Notes: generated from the sequence alone by a model not told the origin. DNA of 63,621 bases, filler included, from Chiloscyllium plagiosum (GCF_004010195.1; 6 parts of one record of this genome joined end to end with filler, not necessarily neighbours in it); one strand, 5' to 3'; counted from the first letter of the whole stretch, positions 24,693 to 37,490 are shown. Made by a program: numbers and translations.

Positions 24693-25464
24693 TTTACAAG
24701 GTGGAGTGGAACCCCTCTATTAATTAAAATCAAGCACCCAGAAAAGCTCGCCTCACCTCGTAAACTGTTAAAATATGAGCGTCACAGATCTCCTACATTC
24801 CACTATTTAAACAAAAAATAACAAGTTATTTTCTTAACTTTAATAGTGAAAACTAAACAAAAACTATTCACAAATGCAAGCCCCTCTTTTCTTAGCTACT
24901 GACTATCTGACTCCAATTCTGTATAAATATGCTCGTCGAATTACTCACATATTAAACATGACAATCTCAAACGCACACAGAATCCATCTTCCCTGCTGTG
25001 TTCACTCTTCCAGCTGCTGATCTCCCTGGGTGATGTTTTTTATTGCAAGCAGCTTTTAAATGGACATGTATCATTGATAGAAAATGTTTGAGATGGCCAG
25101 TTAGCACTCCTGCTCTACAGCAGTTACTCTGCTGTTGGATGGCAGTTGCTCTCCCTCTAATGTTAAAAATGCTGAATTTATATACTTTCCATGATACAAT
25201 AATTCTCACAATTTGATTTCTTTCCAGGTGTCCAAACAATAATATTCAAATTCCGTTGGCTTCTTGTATCCTGAGCGTTATTTAAACTCTTTGATTGCAT
25301 TTGAATTGTTGTCAAAACAGCAACCAAAACTCAGGTATCCATTTCCCAACTAATGGTGACTAATGGAACAGGCTGATCTTTAGCAGGCATCTGTGGCTGT
25401 ACTTTCTATTCAGCAAAACCCGTTCTGTCTTGAAGTGACCGGACATGCTTTCGGCTCCATAACA
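24693..25464 (-). mobile_element. 3' LTR of the Gypsy element
   Basis: Minus strand begins TGTTATGG at 25464, directly after the polypurine tract GAAGAGGGGAGA (25465-25476). The far end near 24693 is eroded. Confidence 0.7.
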
Positions 25465-28400
25465 TCTCCCCTCTTCAGAAAAAAAACATGGACCAGCAGA
25501 ATGAAAAGATGGCTTCATTTCTTTCCCTCTAATTCTTAATCCCATTATTATGAATTACAAAAGTATGAATCTCAGTTACACCATTCATATTAATTCTGAA
25601 CAAAAATATAACACTGCAATAAGTCAAATCTTATCTAAACATTTTCCTTTAAGTTAGCGATAACACATCTGCTATCACATTTTAGGACCCACAGCATGTA
25701 CATTTAATAAATTTAATGTCCGTAAGATAGGATTCCAATTAGATATTCTCATATTCTGGCCTTTAAATATTCAAAACGTGCGAGGGATTGTTGTTGTCCA
25801 CAACTGTCTCCGACAATTTGTTTGTCATATAAACATTAAAATACTGTCATGTCAGCGCAAAACTTCATCAGTCTTTTTCAATAATGGAGATTTTGTATTT
25901 TGTTTCTGGTGAATATTGAGTTTTTTTCAACAAGTAGCCAATTGGCCATTCAATTCCATCATCATCTTTCTGCATCAATACAGCTCCGACCCCTATATCC
26001 CGAGCATCTAACATAATTTCAAAGGGTTTCAAAATATTTGGTATAGCTAAAACTGGTGCGGTGATTAATCCTGATTTAAAATTCTCAAATGCCTCCTGGC
26101 ATTGTTCTGTCCACCACAATTCTGTGTTCTTCTTCAGTAAATCCATCAGTGGTGCCAATACGCTCAGAATCCACTCAGTTCTAAAAACCGAAGCTCCTCT
26201 TTCTTCGAGGATGGTTGTGGAAATTCCTTAAAGCCCTTCGTCTTTGTTTTCCATGGGGTCAACCTTCCATGGCCAATGTAATGTCCCAGGAACGTCACCT
26301 CTGCCTTCGCAAATTCTGTTTTCTTACATCACTACATCATACAGATAAACTGCACAATTTGTTCATTTGGCCACAACTCTGTTCCTCAGTCTTTAATGTA
26401 TCTGGAGCATTATTCATTCCCATAACATTCCCTAACATTTTTTTGTCATATCCGGTATCTTCACCAAATAGTTTAACTGACTTAACAGTTTTTTGAATTT
26501 GAAAGGGGCCACTAAACCTGACTTTGAAGGGATTTCCTACCACTGGTGGCAATACTAATAAGTCATCCCCACGGGAAATCGGCAAAGGTTCAGAGTTTTT
26601 AATCTGCCACCTGCTTCACTCTCTCCTATGCCCACTTCAGGTGCTGTTTAGCTAACTCACCTACTCCATCTAATTTCTCCCTCACCTCAGATACATAATC
26701 CAAGTATGACTTTGGTCCTGTCTATTTATATTTAATTAATTTCAAATGACCTCTCAGTACATGTACGAATATTAACTCAAAGGATGGAAAGTGAGTAGAT
26801 TTATTTGCGCCATCTCTAATGAAAAACAATATAATGAGACGCCTTTATTCCAATCATTCAGGTAATTCTGACAGTACGCTGTTAATATTGTCTTCGGTGT
26901 CTAATGCCAACTTTCCAAGGCCCTCTGGGATTCGGGATGCGATGCACATGATTTAAACTGCTGTGTGCCGAAGCTATCCATGAGGTCTTTAACAAATGAT
27001 TGGTAAAATGAGATCCTTGGTCTGACTGAATCACACTGCGCAGCCCACAGTGAGTGAAGGTACCTACCAACTTCTCTACCTCCCTTTTTGCCTTAACATC
27101 TCATAATGGAATTATCCATGGAAATCGGGTCGGCACATCCATTATGATCAGCAGATATTGGTTTCCACTTTTATTTTAGAAAGGAGAGCTCCACAATTGA
27201 TCATAACCCACGTGAAAGGTTCTTCGAATACAGGAATTGGCAACAAAGCTGCTGGTTTTATTACTGCCCGTGACGTCCCTACTATTTGGAATGTATGACA
27301 TGTACAACAAAAATTAACCATTCCAGCCACTAGAAATGTTTTAGCCGACTCTTCCGTGCATCAACTCCTTTGGCTTCTTCTTTCGGTTTTTCTTCCTGTT
27401 GTAACATATGACAGTGGGATCTTGTTACTTGACAGTCTGGAAAAATCCCTGGGTATTTTTATTTTAATTTCCCAGTTCCCTGGTCTTACTTTTGCTTCTC
27501 CACTACTTCTCCCACCTTGGATCCTGCTAAGTCAATCCCAAGAACAAACTGTATTCCTGGAACTGACACTCTCTCACTCACTCTCACTGTTACTTCCCCA
27601 ATCTTGATTCGGCACTCCACCTAATGTTACACAAGGGAATGCTTAATTTCTGTCCCCATTTCACAAATTATCACGCTGTTGAATGACATGTCAGAAGGAG
27701 TGAAAATACTTCCATCTCTTACTATTAGAGACGGAGGAAAAGTGAGGACTGCAGATGCTGGAGATCAAAGTTGAAAAGTATGGGGCTGGAAAACCACAGC
27801 AGGTCAGGCAGCATCCGAGGGGCAGGAGAGTTGACGTTTCAGGCATAAGTCCTTCATCAGGAAAGTGGGAGGCAAGGAAGGGGGAAGCGGCTGAGAATTA
27901 AATAGGAGGTTGGGGGTGGAGTTGGGTGGAAGGTATCTTAGAAGGCGATGAGTTGATATAGGTGGGGTCTGATGATGATAGGTCGGAGAGGAGGGTGAAG
28001 TGGATAGGTGATAGGACAGCTGAAACCGTCAAACTATACAGCATCAACGTTGACTTCACCAATTTCCAAATCGCCCCTCCCCCAACCTCATCCCAGATCG
28101 AACCGTTCAAATTAGCACTGCACTCTTGAGTTGTTCTAACTGTTCATCTTCCTTCCCACCTATACACTCCACCCTCCCCTCTGACATATCACTAACACTC
28201 CTACCTACATCTTCCTATCACCCTCCCAGTGACCCTCCCATCGGCCCAGCTCCTACCCTCCTATTTATCTTTCAGCCCCCTTGTCCCCCCGCCATATTCC
28301 TGATTTATGCCTGAGTTTATGCCTGATACGTGAATTGTCCTTCTCTTCGATGCTGCCTGATCTGTTGGGCCTTTCCAGCTCCTCACTTCTCAACTATTAG

Positions 28401-29253
28401 AAACTGAACAGATCCCATTTCTTGCAAAATTATAACTTCTTGTCCTCCTCCCACACCCCATTTTTTCTTAGTGGGTTTACTTACAGAGGCAAATTCTTTT
28501 TGAGATCAGGCACTGACTCCATACACAGCCCCTGCCTAGGCTGTACACTCTCCTGCAGCTCCTCGGCTCTACTTGGGGTCTCCTTTACCAGGTTCACTAA
28601 TGCCACTGGGCTTAAACCCTTTTACCACATCTTTTCCCAAAGTATCTTCCTTCAACGCACAGCACTGTGTGTCCCAGTTTCCTGCAGGGAAAACAGTTTT
28701 CCCAGTGCCCTTCTGAAACCATTGGTACTGTAATTTTATGTGTTCCACGTTGTATTGAGACTTGAGGCCTTTCACTTCCTTTCAAACACTTTGGGCTTTT
28801 TTCCACCTTTGAAAAACTATTGCCAGTGTGCTTTACTCTATCTTTTGTAATGTAGGATCTCCCCTTTTCCCAATTTCTCTCCCTCACATGATGAAAATCC
28901 TCCCAGAAGCGAAATTTCATCTCATGCACCAATGCATACTTAACTGCCATTTCTGCTGCGCTTCTCACTTCTTGAACTTCCTGTTCATACACATGAAATC
29001 TTATAATCTCTGGAAGTGAGTCTTTAAACTCGTCCAGCAGAATAATCTCCCATCGGGCCTCACAGGTCTTATCTATTTTTAAGGCCTGCCCCTATTTATC
29101 AAAATGACTGTGATTAATTCTTTCAAACTCATTATAAGTCTGACCTGGATCCGTCTCTATATTTCTGAACCGCTGTCTATATTCTTCTAGTACCAATTCA
29201 TAAGCACTCAAAATAGCCCGTTTGACATCTGTGTAATCTCTTGCTCCCTCATG
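25465..29253 (-). mobile_element. Decayed Gmr1-like Ty3/Gypsy internal region: SCAN-like gag, CCHC knuckle, presumed protease region, integrase, RT, RNase H
   Basis: Gag DYTDVKRAILSAYELVLEEYRQRFR..IILLDEFKDSLPE (29000-29253). Knuckle CFPCRKLGHTVLC. Integrase FCCTCHTFQIVG..PIPVFEEPF, IQSDQGSHFT and RFSGPF (26500-27330). RT GMNNAP (~26420). RNase H APVLAIP..DARDIGVGAVLMQ..PIGY (25870-26158). Truncated by a scaffold linker. Confidence 0.9.
27730..28392. mobile_element. Penelope-like insertion with inverted terminal segment, nested in the Gypsy element
   Basis: 27730-28020 is the Penelope 3' end on the minus strand and 28020-28392 is the ORF end (SINVDFTNF) plus 3' end on the plus strand. Flanked by ACTATTAGA at 27721-27729 and 28393-28401. 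Confidence 0.8.
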
Positions 29254-29353
29254 NNNNNNNNNNNNNNNNNNNNNNNNNNNNNNNNNNNNNNNNNNNNTTA
29301 ATTAATTAANNNNNNNNNNNNNNNNNNNNNNNNNNNNNNNNNNNNNNNNNNNN

Positions 29354-30764
29354 AAGTAAACAAAATATGGGGAATTATAGACCAGTTCGCTTTTCCTGTG
29401 TAGTGGGGAAACTGCTTGAGTGTATTATCAAGGAAGAAATAGCAAGGCATTTCGAGAGAAATCGTCCCATTACACAGACGCAGCATAGGTTCATGAAGAA
29501 CATGTCATGTTTAACAAGTCTTTTGGAATTCTATGGCGACAATACAAGCAAGATGAACAACAAGGCCCCACTGGCTATGGTGTACCTAGATTTCAAAAAG
29601 GTCTTCAACAAGTTGCCGCACAAGAAGCTGCTGCACAAGAAAAAGGTGCATGGCGTTACGGGTAAAGTATCTGCATAGAGGATTGCTTGACTAACAGGAA
29701 GCAAATTGTGAGTTTAAGTGAGTGATATTCTGGCTGGCAATCAATACCTAGTGGTGTGCTTTAGGGATCGGTGTTGGGGCCACAATTATTCACATTTTAT
29801 ATACATGATTTGGAGTTGAGGAAAACGTGTAGTGTGTCAAGGTTTGCACATGACACGAAGATGCGTTTCATAGCAAAGCATGCAGAGGACTGTGAGACTT
29901 CGTGGATTAACATAAATACTTTGAGTGAGTGGGAAAAGGTCTGGCAGATGGAATACAATGTTGATAAATGTGATGTCATCCATTTTGTTGGGAGTGCCAG
30001 TAAAAAGTATTATTACTTGAATGGTAAAACGATGCAGCATGCTGGTGTACAGAGGGACCTGCGTGTCCATGTGCATGAATCACAGAAGTTTGGTCTGCAG
30101 GTACAGCAATTACTGAGGAAAGCAAATGCAATGTTGCCCTTCATTGCTAAAGCGATTGAGGTGATAAGCAGGGAGGTTATGTTGCAGCTGTCCAAGGTGC
30201 TGGTGAGGCCACACTTGGATTACTGCATGCAGTTTTGGTCTCCTTGCTTCAGGACGGGTCGTCTGGCATGGAGGGGGTTTAGACGTGGTTTATTTGGACG
30301 ATTCCATAGGTGAGGCTGTTGGCCTATGAGTTGTTACTTAGCAGACTGGAACTATATTCATTGGAATTTAGAAGAATGAGGGGATGATCTCATAGAAACA
30401 TACAAAATTATGCAGGGAGTATATAAGAGAGAAGTAGAGAGGATGTGTCCACTGGCAGGTGAAGCTAAGACAAGAGGGAATAGCCTCAATACCAGAGTGA
30501 GTAAATTTAGGATTGAATTGAGAAGGAACCTCTTCACCCGGAGGTTTGCAATCTTTGGAATTCTCTGCCCAGTTAAGTAATTGGTAATACTTCAGTAAAC
30601 GTTTTTAAACTAAGGTAGATACTTTTTGAACAATAAAGTAAGTAAGGGATATGGTTAGAGTGTGGGAAAGTAGATCAGAGTCCATGAGAAGATCAGTCAT
30701 GATCTTATTGAATGGCAGAGAACCGGATGGCCTACTCCTGCTACTAGTTCTTCTGTTCTTATGA
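29354..30764 (+). mobile_element. CR1 LINE RT and 3' UTR
   Basis: GNYRPV, YLDFKKVFNKLPH, LGPQLFT..RFAHDTK and LVRPHLDYCMQFWSP motifs. Tail TTCTTCTGTTCTTATG. Confidence 0.9.
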
Positions 30765-31257
30765 AAGGGGAGTGGCCAGTTATCCCAGTTCCGCTCCTCT
30801 GTTTTGGTTTCTTTGGTCTGATTTTTCACAGTCTGGCTGTTTACTTAAAGCAGACAGCCAGTTGTAAAGCTACCAGACCCAAAGAAGCAGGTCCATGTTG
30901 TTCCTCCCTCTCTCTGACATCTCTCCTGTTAGAAACCTGGGTTTGATTTTTTTTTCTTTCGGTTTTGCCATGGGGTGTTTATGGGGATTATATCAAGTAT
31001 TTGGAACACCATCATTAAGGTGGGATAATCTGTTGGGTTTTCGGATTGGTTAAGCCATTCTGTATTGCATCCTCTTGTGTTTATGTCTCACTCAGTAGTG
31101 TTGCAAAGACATTCTGGTTTGTTTAAACCTAAGTGATTTGACTAGCTGCATCACTCCTGGAATATCCGCCTTACACTTGCTTAAGTCAATGAGCAAAAGT
31201 TGGGTCTGCACTATTTCCTTGAAATGATTTGGGGGGGGTCTGTCCTGGCCCATAACT
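30765..31257 (+). mobile_element. LTR remnant (3' part)
   Basis: GAGTGGCCAGT.. start resembles the reverse complement of part of the 21596 LTR. Ends ..CTGTCCTGGCCCATAAC. Confidence 0.5.
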
Positions 31258-31259
31258 GT

Positions 31260-32430
31260 GTGTAACAGCCAAACCAAATATACTGGCATGGGTTGAGAAT
31301 GGGAGAGCTGACAGGAAAAAGATAGTCAGCATAAATCTTTCCATATATTTAGCAGTAGAAAGCAATGACCAGCGGGACAATCCAGGAATTGATATTTGGG
31401 CCCCACCTATTTAGAAAACAGATCAAATATTTGTTCATGGGTATTAAATGTAATCTTTCCAAATCAGCTGATGGTACCAAACTGAGATTGTGAGTGGGTG
31501 GGGAGGATATAAAAAAGTTTCAAGGTGATTGAGTCAAGTGGTCGAAATGGTAAAATATGTGGCAGTTGAAGAACAATGCGGATAGACGTAACATTGAGCA
31601 ATTTGCTTGGAAAAATAGACGAACAGGCTAACATTTCAAAAGGAATTAATGTAAAAAAGTTGCTGCATGAAGATATTTATGTGTATACTTTTGTTGACTT
31701 CTTCACGAAACTCCAATGTCTATTCAGGGCAGTGAGTTCTGAAGTTAGAAGTCAATACTGCGATTGATAATGACACACTGACCAATACTGCTGCAACAGA
31801 AAGCAGGTAGGAAGATAAATGATGTGTTGACTTTCATTTCCGGGGTATTTGAGTCCAGGTGTGTCTTACTGCAGCTATAAAGGGTCTTGGTGAGCTCCCA
31901 TCTCGAACATTGTGCAGTATTCTGTGTAGTTTTGGTCTCCTTATCTAATAAAGGACAAATCTGATATTGAGGGAGAGCAGCGAAGGATGACCAGACTGAT
32001 CTCGGCGATGATGGGCTTGTTGTGGGAGCAGAGTTTGAGGCGACTGGACCTGTATTCAGTGGAGTTTAGGAAAATTGGTGGAGATCTCAGTGAAATATAT
32101 AAACCTCTGACAGTGTGAAACAGATTGTCACCCAGGGATGATAATTGCACTGGCTGGGACATCTAAAACAAGGCTCACAGTATTAGGTACAGGCAAGCCA
32201 CTCTGCATTGAGATGAGAATAAATGTCTGCACTTGCAGACTGGTGAACCTGGGGAATTCTGTCCCACATAAGACTGTGTACACTAAGGCACTGAATATAA
32301 ATAAGGATTTCTAGACACTAAAGGGGTGAGGTTGCTGCAGGAGTTTGGTGTGGAGGTATAGGATCAGCCATTGTTATATTGAATGGGAGAGCAAAATTGA
32401 CGGACCAAAGTTCCTAATTCATATTTTTTT
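31260..32430 (+). mobile_element. Decayed CR1 LINE, inverted paralogue of 1560-3020
   Basis: SKSADGTKL, LVSSHLEHC..FWSPYLIKD and a CR1 3' UTR. Confidence 0.7.
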
Positions 32431-33288
32431 CTGATATATGACCATTTCAAAGGGTATACAGTATGTAGTGTTAGGGAAAAGTTAATTGAAAAGTTGTTTG
32501 GCCAAAACCTAGAGTGTGGAATGCTCAATGTTTGAAAGGCCTATTCATTTCGCGATGTTTCAGTGCAGTCTGTGGGAAAGCTCTGTTAATATTGTCAAAA
32601 ACTTTCAGATGTAAGGAAGGAGGGTTTTGCAGTGTCGACACGACTGTGCTTCCTATTCACTTTTCCGATAGAGGCTGGTGCCGGGTGTTATGTCATTTGT
32701 ATCCGTTAAGACCTTGGAAAAGTTTGAGATAACGGCCTTGCATGGCCGCTTCAGAGACCATTGAAGAGTTTATCACATGTCTGTATATCTGGAGTCACTT
32801 TTTTGCTCGACTAGTAAAGCACTGGAGATTCAATTCCTGAATGTATATTGCGGAAGGAAATTTATGTTGACAATGGACATGCGCTTCATGGTCAATATTA
32901 CTGGCTCCAGATTTTTGATCTCGATATTTTATTAATTATATCTAACTTCCACCAGCTGCCAGAGCATTATTCTGGTCTGGATTAGTAATCCAGTGACATT
33001 TCCACAGCAACACCGTCTCCACATGGTGGCCTATCGGAACACAGCATTGTGCACGTTGTTTCTATGCTGGTCGACATCTGGTGTCAAAGGAATTGCCACC
33101 AATTTGATTATCTTGATGGGACTGAGGGGGTGGTAATTGGGTCAGATTGTAATTATTCTCCTTTTAGGGGACGGGACACTTTTGTGGAATTTTCTGCATT
33201 GCCAGGGGATTGTCAATGTTGGAGCTGGAATGAAACATCTTTCACAGAGACACGGCTTGTTGTGCAGCACAAATCTTCAGTTCTATTG

Positions 33289-36045
33289 GTTGAGTGAAAT
33301 AGGGCTGATGGGAAGGGTGAGAGCAATAATAAATTAAAAATACTATGCATGAATGCACGAAGCATTAGAAATAAGATGGATGAGCTTGAGGCTCTTTTGG
33401 AAATTGGCAGATACGATATTGTGGAGATAACTGAAACGTGGCTTCAAGTAGACAGGTCCTGGGAAATGAATATTCAAGGCTACGCGTGCTATCGTAAGGA
33501 CAGACTGACGGGCAGAGGGGGGGGGTGGCCTTGTTGGTAAGGGAGGTAATTCAATCCCTTCTGCGGGGGGACCTAGAGTCAGGGGATGTAGAAACAGTGT
33601 GGATAGAGCTGCGAAATACTAAGGGTAAAAATACCCTCTTGGGAGTCATCTACAGGCCCCCAAACAGGAGTCTGGATGTCGGGTGTAAGTTGAATCAGGA
33701 GCTGAAATTGGCCTGTCGTAAAGATGTTACTACAGTTGTTATGGGGGATTTTAACATGCAGGTAGACTGGGAGAATCAGGATGGTATTGGACCTCAAGAA
33801 AGAGACTTTGTGGAGTGCCTCAGAGATGGACGCCTAGAGCAGCTGGTGCTGGAGCCGACCAGGGAGAAGGCAATTCTGGATCTGGTATTGTGTAACGAAC
33901 CAGAATTGGTCAGAGACCCCGAAGTGAAGGAGCCATTGGGAAGTAGTGACCATAATACAATAAGCTTCTGCAGTTTGAGAGGGAGAGGGTACAGTCGGAA
34001 GTGACAGTACTTCTGTTGAAGAAAGGGAATTATGGGGCTATGAGGGAGGAGCTGGCCAAAGTTCAATGGTGCAATACCTTAACAGGGCTGACCGTGGAGG
34101 AGCAATGGCGGATATTTCTGTGTATAATGCAGAAGTTGCAGGATCATTTCATTCCTAAAAGGAAGAAAGGTCCCAGGAAGAGGCATGGGCGGCCGTGGCT
34201 AACGAGGGAAGTTAAGAAGCATATAAAGTTAAAAGGGAAAAAGTATAACATAGCAAAGATAAATGGGAAAGCTGAGGACTGGGAAGCTTTTAAAGAGCAA
34301 GAGAGGATTACTAAGAAGGAACTACGCAGTGGAAAAATGGGGTACGAAGGTAAACTGGCCAATAATATAAAGGAGGATAGTAAAAGCTTTTTTTAGGTAT
34401 GTGCAAGGCACAAAAATGGTTAGGACTAAAATTGGGCCCTTGAAGACAGAAACAGGGGAATATATTACCGGGAACAAAGAAATGGCAGAGGAATTAAATA
34501 GGTAATTCATATCTGTGTTCACTGGGGAAGACACAAGCAATCTCCCTGAGGTAACAGTGGCTGAAGGACCTGAACTTAAGGGAATTTATATTTGCCAGGA
34601 TTTGGTGTTGGAGAAACTGTTAGGTCTGAAGGTTGATAAGTCTCCCGGGCCTGATNNNNNNNNNNNNNNNNNNNNNNNNNNNNNNNNNNNNNNNNNNNNN
34701 NNNNNNNNNNNNNNNNNNNNNNNNNNNNNNNNNNNNNNNNNNNNNNNNNNNNNNNNNNNNNNNNNNNNNNNNNNNNNNNNNNNNNNNNNNNNNNNNNNNN
34801 NNNNNNNNNNNNNNNNNNNNNNNNNNNNNNNNNNNNNNNNNNNNNNNNNNNNNNNNNNNNNNNNNNNNNNNNNNNNNNNNNNNNNNNNNNNNNNNNNNNN
34901 NNNNNNNNNNNNNNNNNNNNNNNNNNNNNNNNNNNNNNNNNNNNNNNNNNNNNNNNNNNNNNNNNNNNNNNNNNNNNNNNNNNNNNNNNNNNNNNNNNNN
35001 NNNNNNNNNNNNNNNNNNNNNNNNNNNNNNNNNNNNNNNNNNNNNNNNNNNNNNNNNNNNNNNNNNNNNNNNNNNNNNNNNNNNNNNNNNNNNNNNNNNN
35101 NNNNNNNNNNNNNNNNNNNNNNNNNNNNNNNNNNNNNNNNNNNNNNNNNNNNNNNNNNNNNNNNNNNNNNNNNNNNNNNNNNNNNNNNNNNNNNNNNNNN
35201 NNNNNNNNNNNNNNNNNNNNNNNNNNNNNNNNNNNNNNNNNNNNNNNNNNNNNNNNNNNNNNNNNNNNNNNNNNNNNNNNNNNNNNNNNNNNNNNNNNNN
35301 NNNNNNNNNNNNNNNNNNNNNNNNNNNNNNNNNNNNNNNNNNNNNNNNNNNNNNNNNNNNNNNNNNNNNNNNNNNNNNNNNNNNNNNNNNNNNNNNNNNN
35401 NNNNNNNNNNNNNNNNNNNNNNNNNNNNNNNNNNNNNNNNNNNNNNNNNNNNNNNNNNNNNNNNNNNNNNNNNNNNNNNNNNNNNNNNNNNNNNNNNNNN
35501 NNNNNNNNNNNNNNNNNNNNNNNNNNNNNNNNNNNNNNNNNNNNNNNNNNNNNNNNNNNNNNNNNNNNNNNAGGTCAATTCCTGGAATGGCGGGATTACC
35601 ATACACTGAAAAACTGAAGCGACTGGGCTTGTATAACCTTGAGTTTAGAAGACTGAGAGGGGATCTGATTGAGACGTAAAAGATTATGAAAGTATTGGAT
35701 ACTCTGGCAGCAGGAAACACCGCTGATGGGTGAGTGCCGAACCAAAGGACACAGCTTAAAATTACGGGGTAGACCATTTAATGACAGAGATGAAGAGAAA
35801 CTTCTTCACCCAGAGAGTGGTGGCTGTGTGGAATTCTCTACCCCAGAGGGCAGTGGAGGCCCAGTCTCTGGATTCATTTAAAAAGAGTTGGATAGAGCTC
35901 TCAAAGATCGTGGAATAAAGGGTTATGGAGATAAGGCAGGAACAGGATACTGATTAGGAATGATCAGCCATGATCATATTGAATGGCGGTGCAGGCTCGA
36001 AGGGCTGAATGGCCTACTCCTGCACCTATTGTCTATTGTCTATTG
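33289..36045 (+). mobile_element. Relatively young CR1 LINE ORF2 (APE endonuclease, RT mostly in gap 34656-35570, 3' UTR with TCTATTG tail)
   Basis: MNARSIRNK..ITETW, GVIYRPPN, MGDFN, LDLVL, LGSSDH and KSPGPD motifs. Tail CCTATTGTCTATTGTCTATTG ends at 36045. Few disablements. Confidence 0.95.
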
Positions 36046-36990
36046 CAGAAATGGTGTCAGGGCCCATTCCCTTTGTCGTGTCTACTGTGTTCAGCTGTTT
36101 CTTCATGTTACGTGCAGCGAATCGAATTGTTTGAAGTCTGGCATCTGTGATTCAGTGGATATCATCCAAGCAACACTTCTGGCTGAGGATGGTGTGTACA
36201 CTACATCCTTGTCTTTTACACTGATGTGCAGGAAGGTTCCATTTCTTTCGGGGAATGGTAAAGCAATAGCCGAGTGGTGTTGCTGCTGATGTTTTGGTCT
36301 CACAACCGCAGTAATGTTCTGGTGTCCAGAGTTCGAATCCTGTTACAGTAAATGATGGAATTCAAATCCAATATATGTTTGGGACTAAGAGTCTAATGAT
36401 GATCATGAATCAATTGCTGATTGTGGGAGAAAGCGATTTGGTTTAGTAATGTCCTTTAGGGAAGGAAACTGCCATCCAAACCTGCTCTGGCCCACATGTA
36501 ACTCCAGACACATAGCAATGTCATTGACTCTTAACAGTCCTCTGGGCAATAAATGCTGACCTAATAAGCGACGCCCTAATCCCAATGAACATTATTTTCA
36601 AATAATATTTGTGGAGTCCTTTTCTCTCGTTGGTTGTTCCACGGTTCAACTATATTTCTGACAGGATGTGGAGGACTGCAGAGCTTCGATCTGACCTGTT
36701 TGCTTTGTATCCTGTTGCCCTCTCTATCAGATATTAGTCCTGCTGTTTGGAATGTACGTATAGTAATCAGTGTGATAGCTTTAAATGGATTTTCATCAGT
36801 TTTAGATACACATGGTTCTGACTCTGGTATATTCACCCACAATTGTCAATGAAACATCGATCCGATAATAGGAAAGATTAGACTGGGCAAAACGTACAGG
36901 TTGTAACTGAATACAATTCTCCTTCTGTCCAGCTGTGATCTATAGTACCACATGAACTTCTAGGTTTGAGCTGCAATTTCTGCAATGCAA
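36046..36990 (-). mobile_element. Decayed LINE fragment, continuation of 33100-33288 and inverted paralogue of 1-690
   Basis: Antisense ORF ..RNGVRAHSLCRVYCVQLFLHVTCSESNCLKSGICDSV parallels ORF 319-753 RKWCQAHCLCRIDCVQMFLHVTGSESNRLKTGICDSV. Confidence 0.75.
36270..36590 (+). mobile_element. tRNA-derived SINE inserted in the LINE fragment
   Basis: B-box-like GAGTTCGAATCC, body CCTTTAGGGAAGGAAA and tail GGGCAATAAATGCTG..GCGACGCCC. Absent from the paralogue near 450-470. Confidence 0.7.
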
Positions 36991-37166
36991 TTCTGCTGTC
37001 TGTACCCCAGTTCACACCGAGACCCACTCACCCATCACCCCGTGACCTACCCTGTTTACTGATGTGGTAACACTTCCATTTTAATATTCTCATTCCTCTG
37101 AGTTTCTGTCCACAGTGTCACACCTCTTACTTGTCATGTTTCTGAAAACCCTTAAATATTATTTGT

Positions 37167-37490
37167 GGGGTAACACCGTGGCTCAGTGGTTAGTGTTGCT
37201 GCCTCACAGCGCTGAGGACCCAGGTCCGATTCCATCCTCTGGCAACTATCTTGCACATTTTCGCTGTGTCTGTGTGAGGAGTTTTTCCGCATGCTCCGGT
37301 TCCCAAAACTGTGCAGGTTACTGGCCTTGCTGAACTGTCTATAGTGTTCAGGAATGTGCAGGTTAGGTCCATTAGTCAGGGGTAAATATAGAATAAGGGA
37401 ACGGTCTGGTTAGTTTAGTCTTCAGAGGATCGGTGTGGACTTTTTGGGCCGAAGGGCCTGTTTCCACACTTTAAGGATTCAAATTCTAAT
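37167..37490 (+). mobile_element. HE1/V-SINE
   Basis: GTGGCTCAGTGGTTAGTGTTGCTGCCTCACAGCGCTGAGGACCCAGGTCCGATTCC head, V-domain-like body and CR1-like tail GGGCCGAAGGGCCTGTTTCCACACT. Confidence 0.85.

Noticed and set aside
34515..35777. Long ORFs of 338-385 aa (similar cases at 2002-2532, 4331-5076, 12729-13259 and 62097-63108)
   Set aside because: Their length comes from translating N gaps as X.
37167..37240. tRNA genes (also ~19520-19590, ~41890-41960 and ~18000-18250)
   Set aside because: The A/B-box heads continue into SINE bodies and tails and do not form a full cloverleaf.
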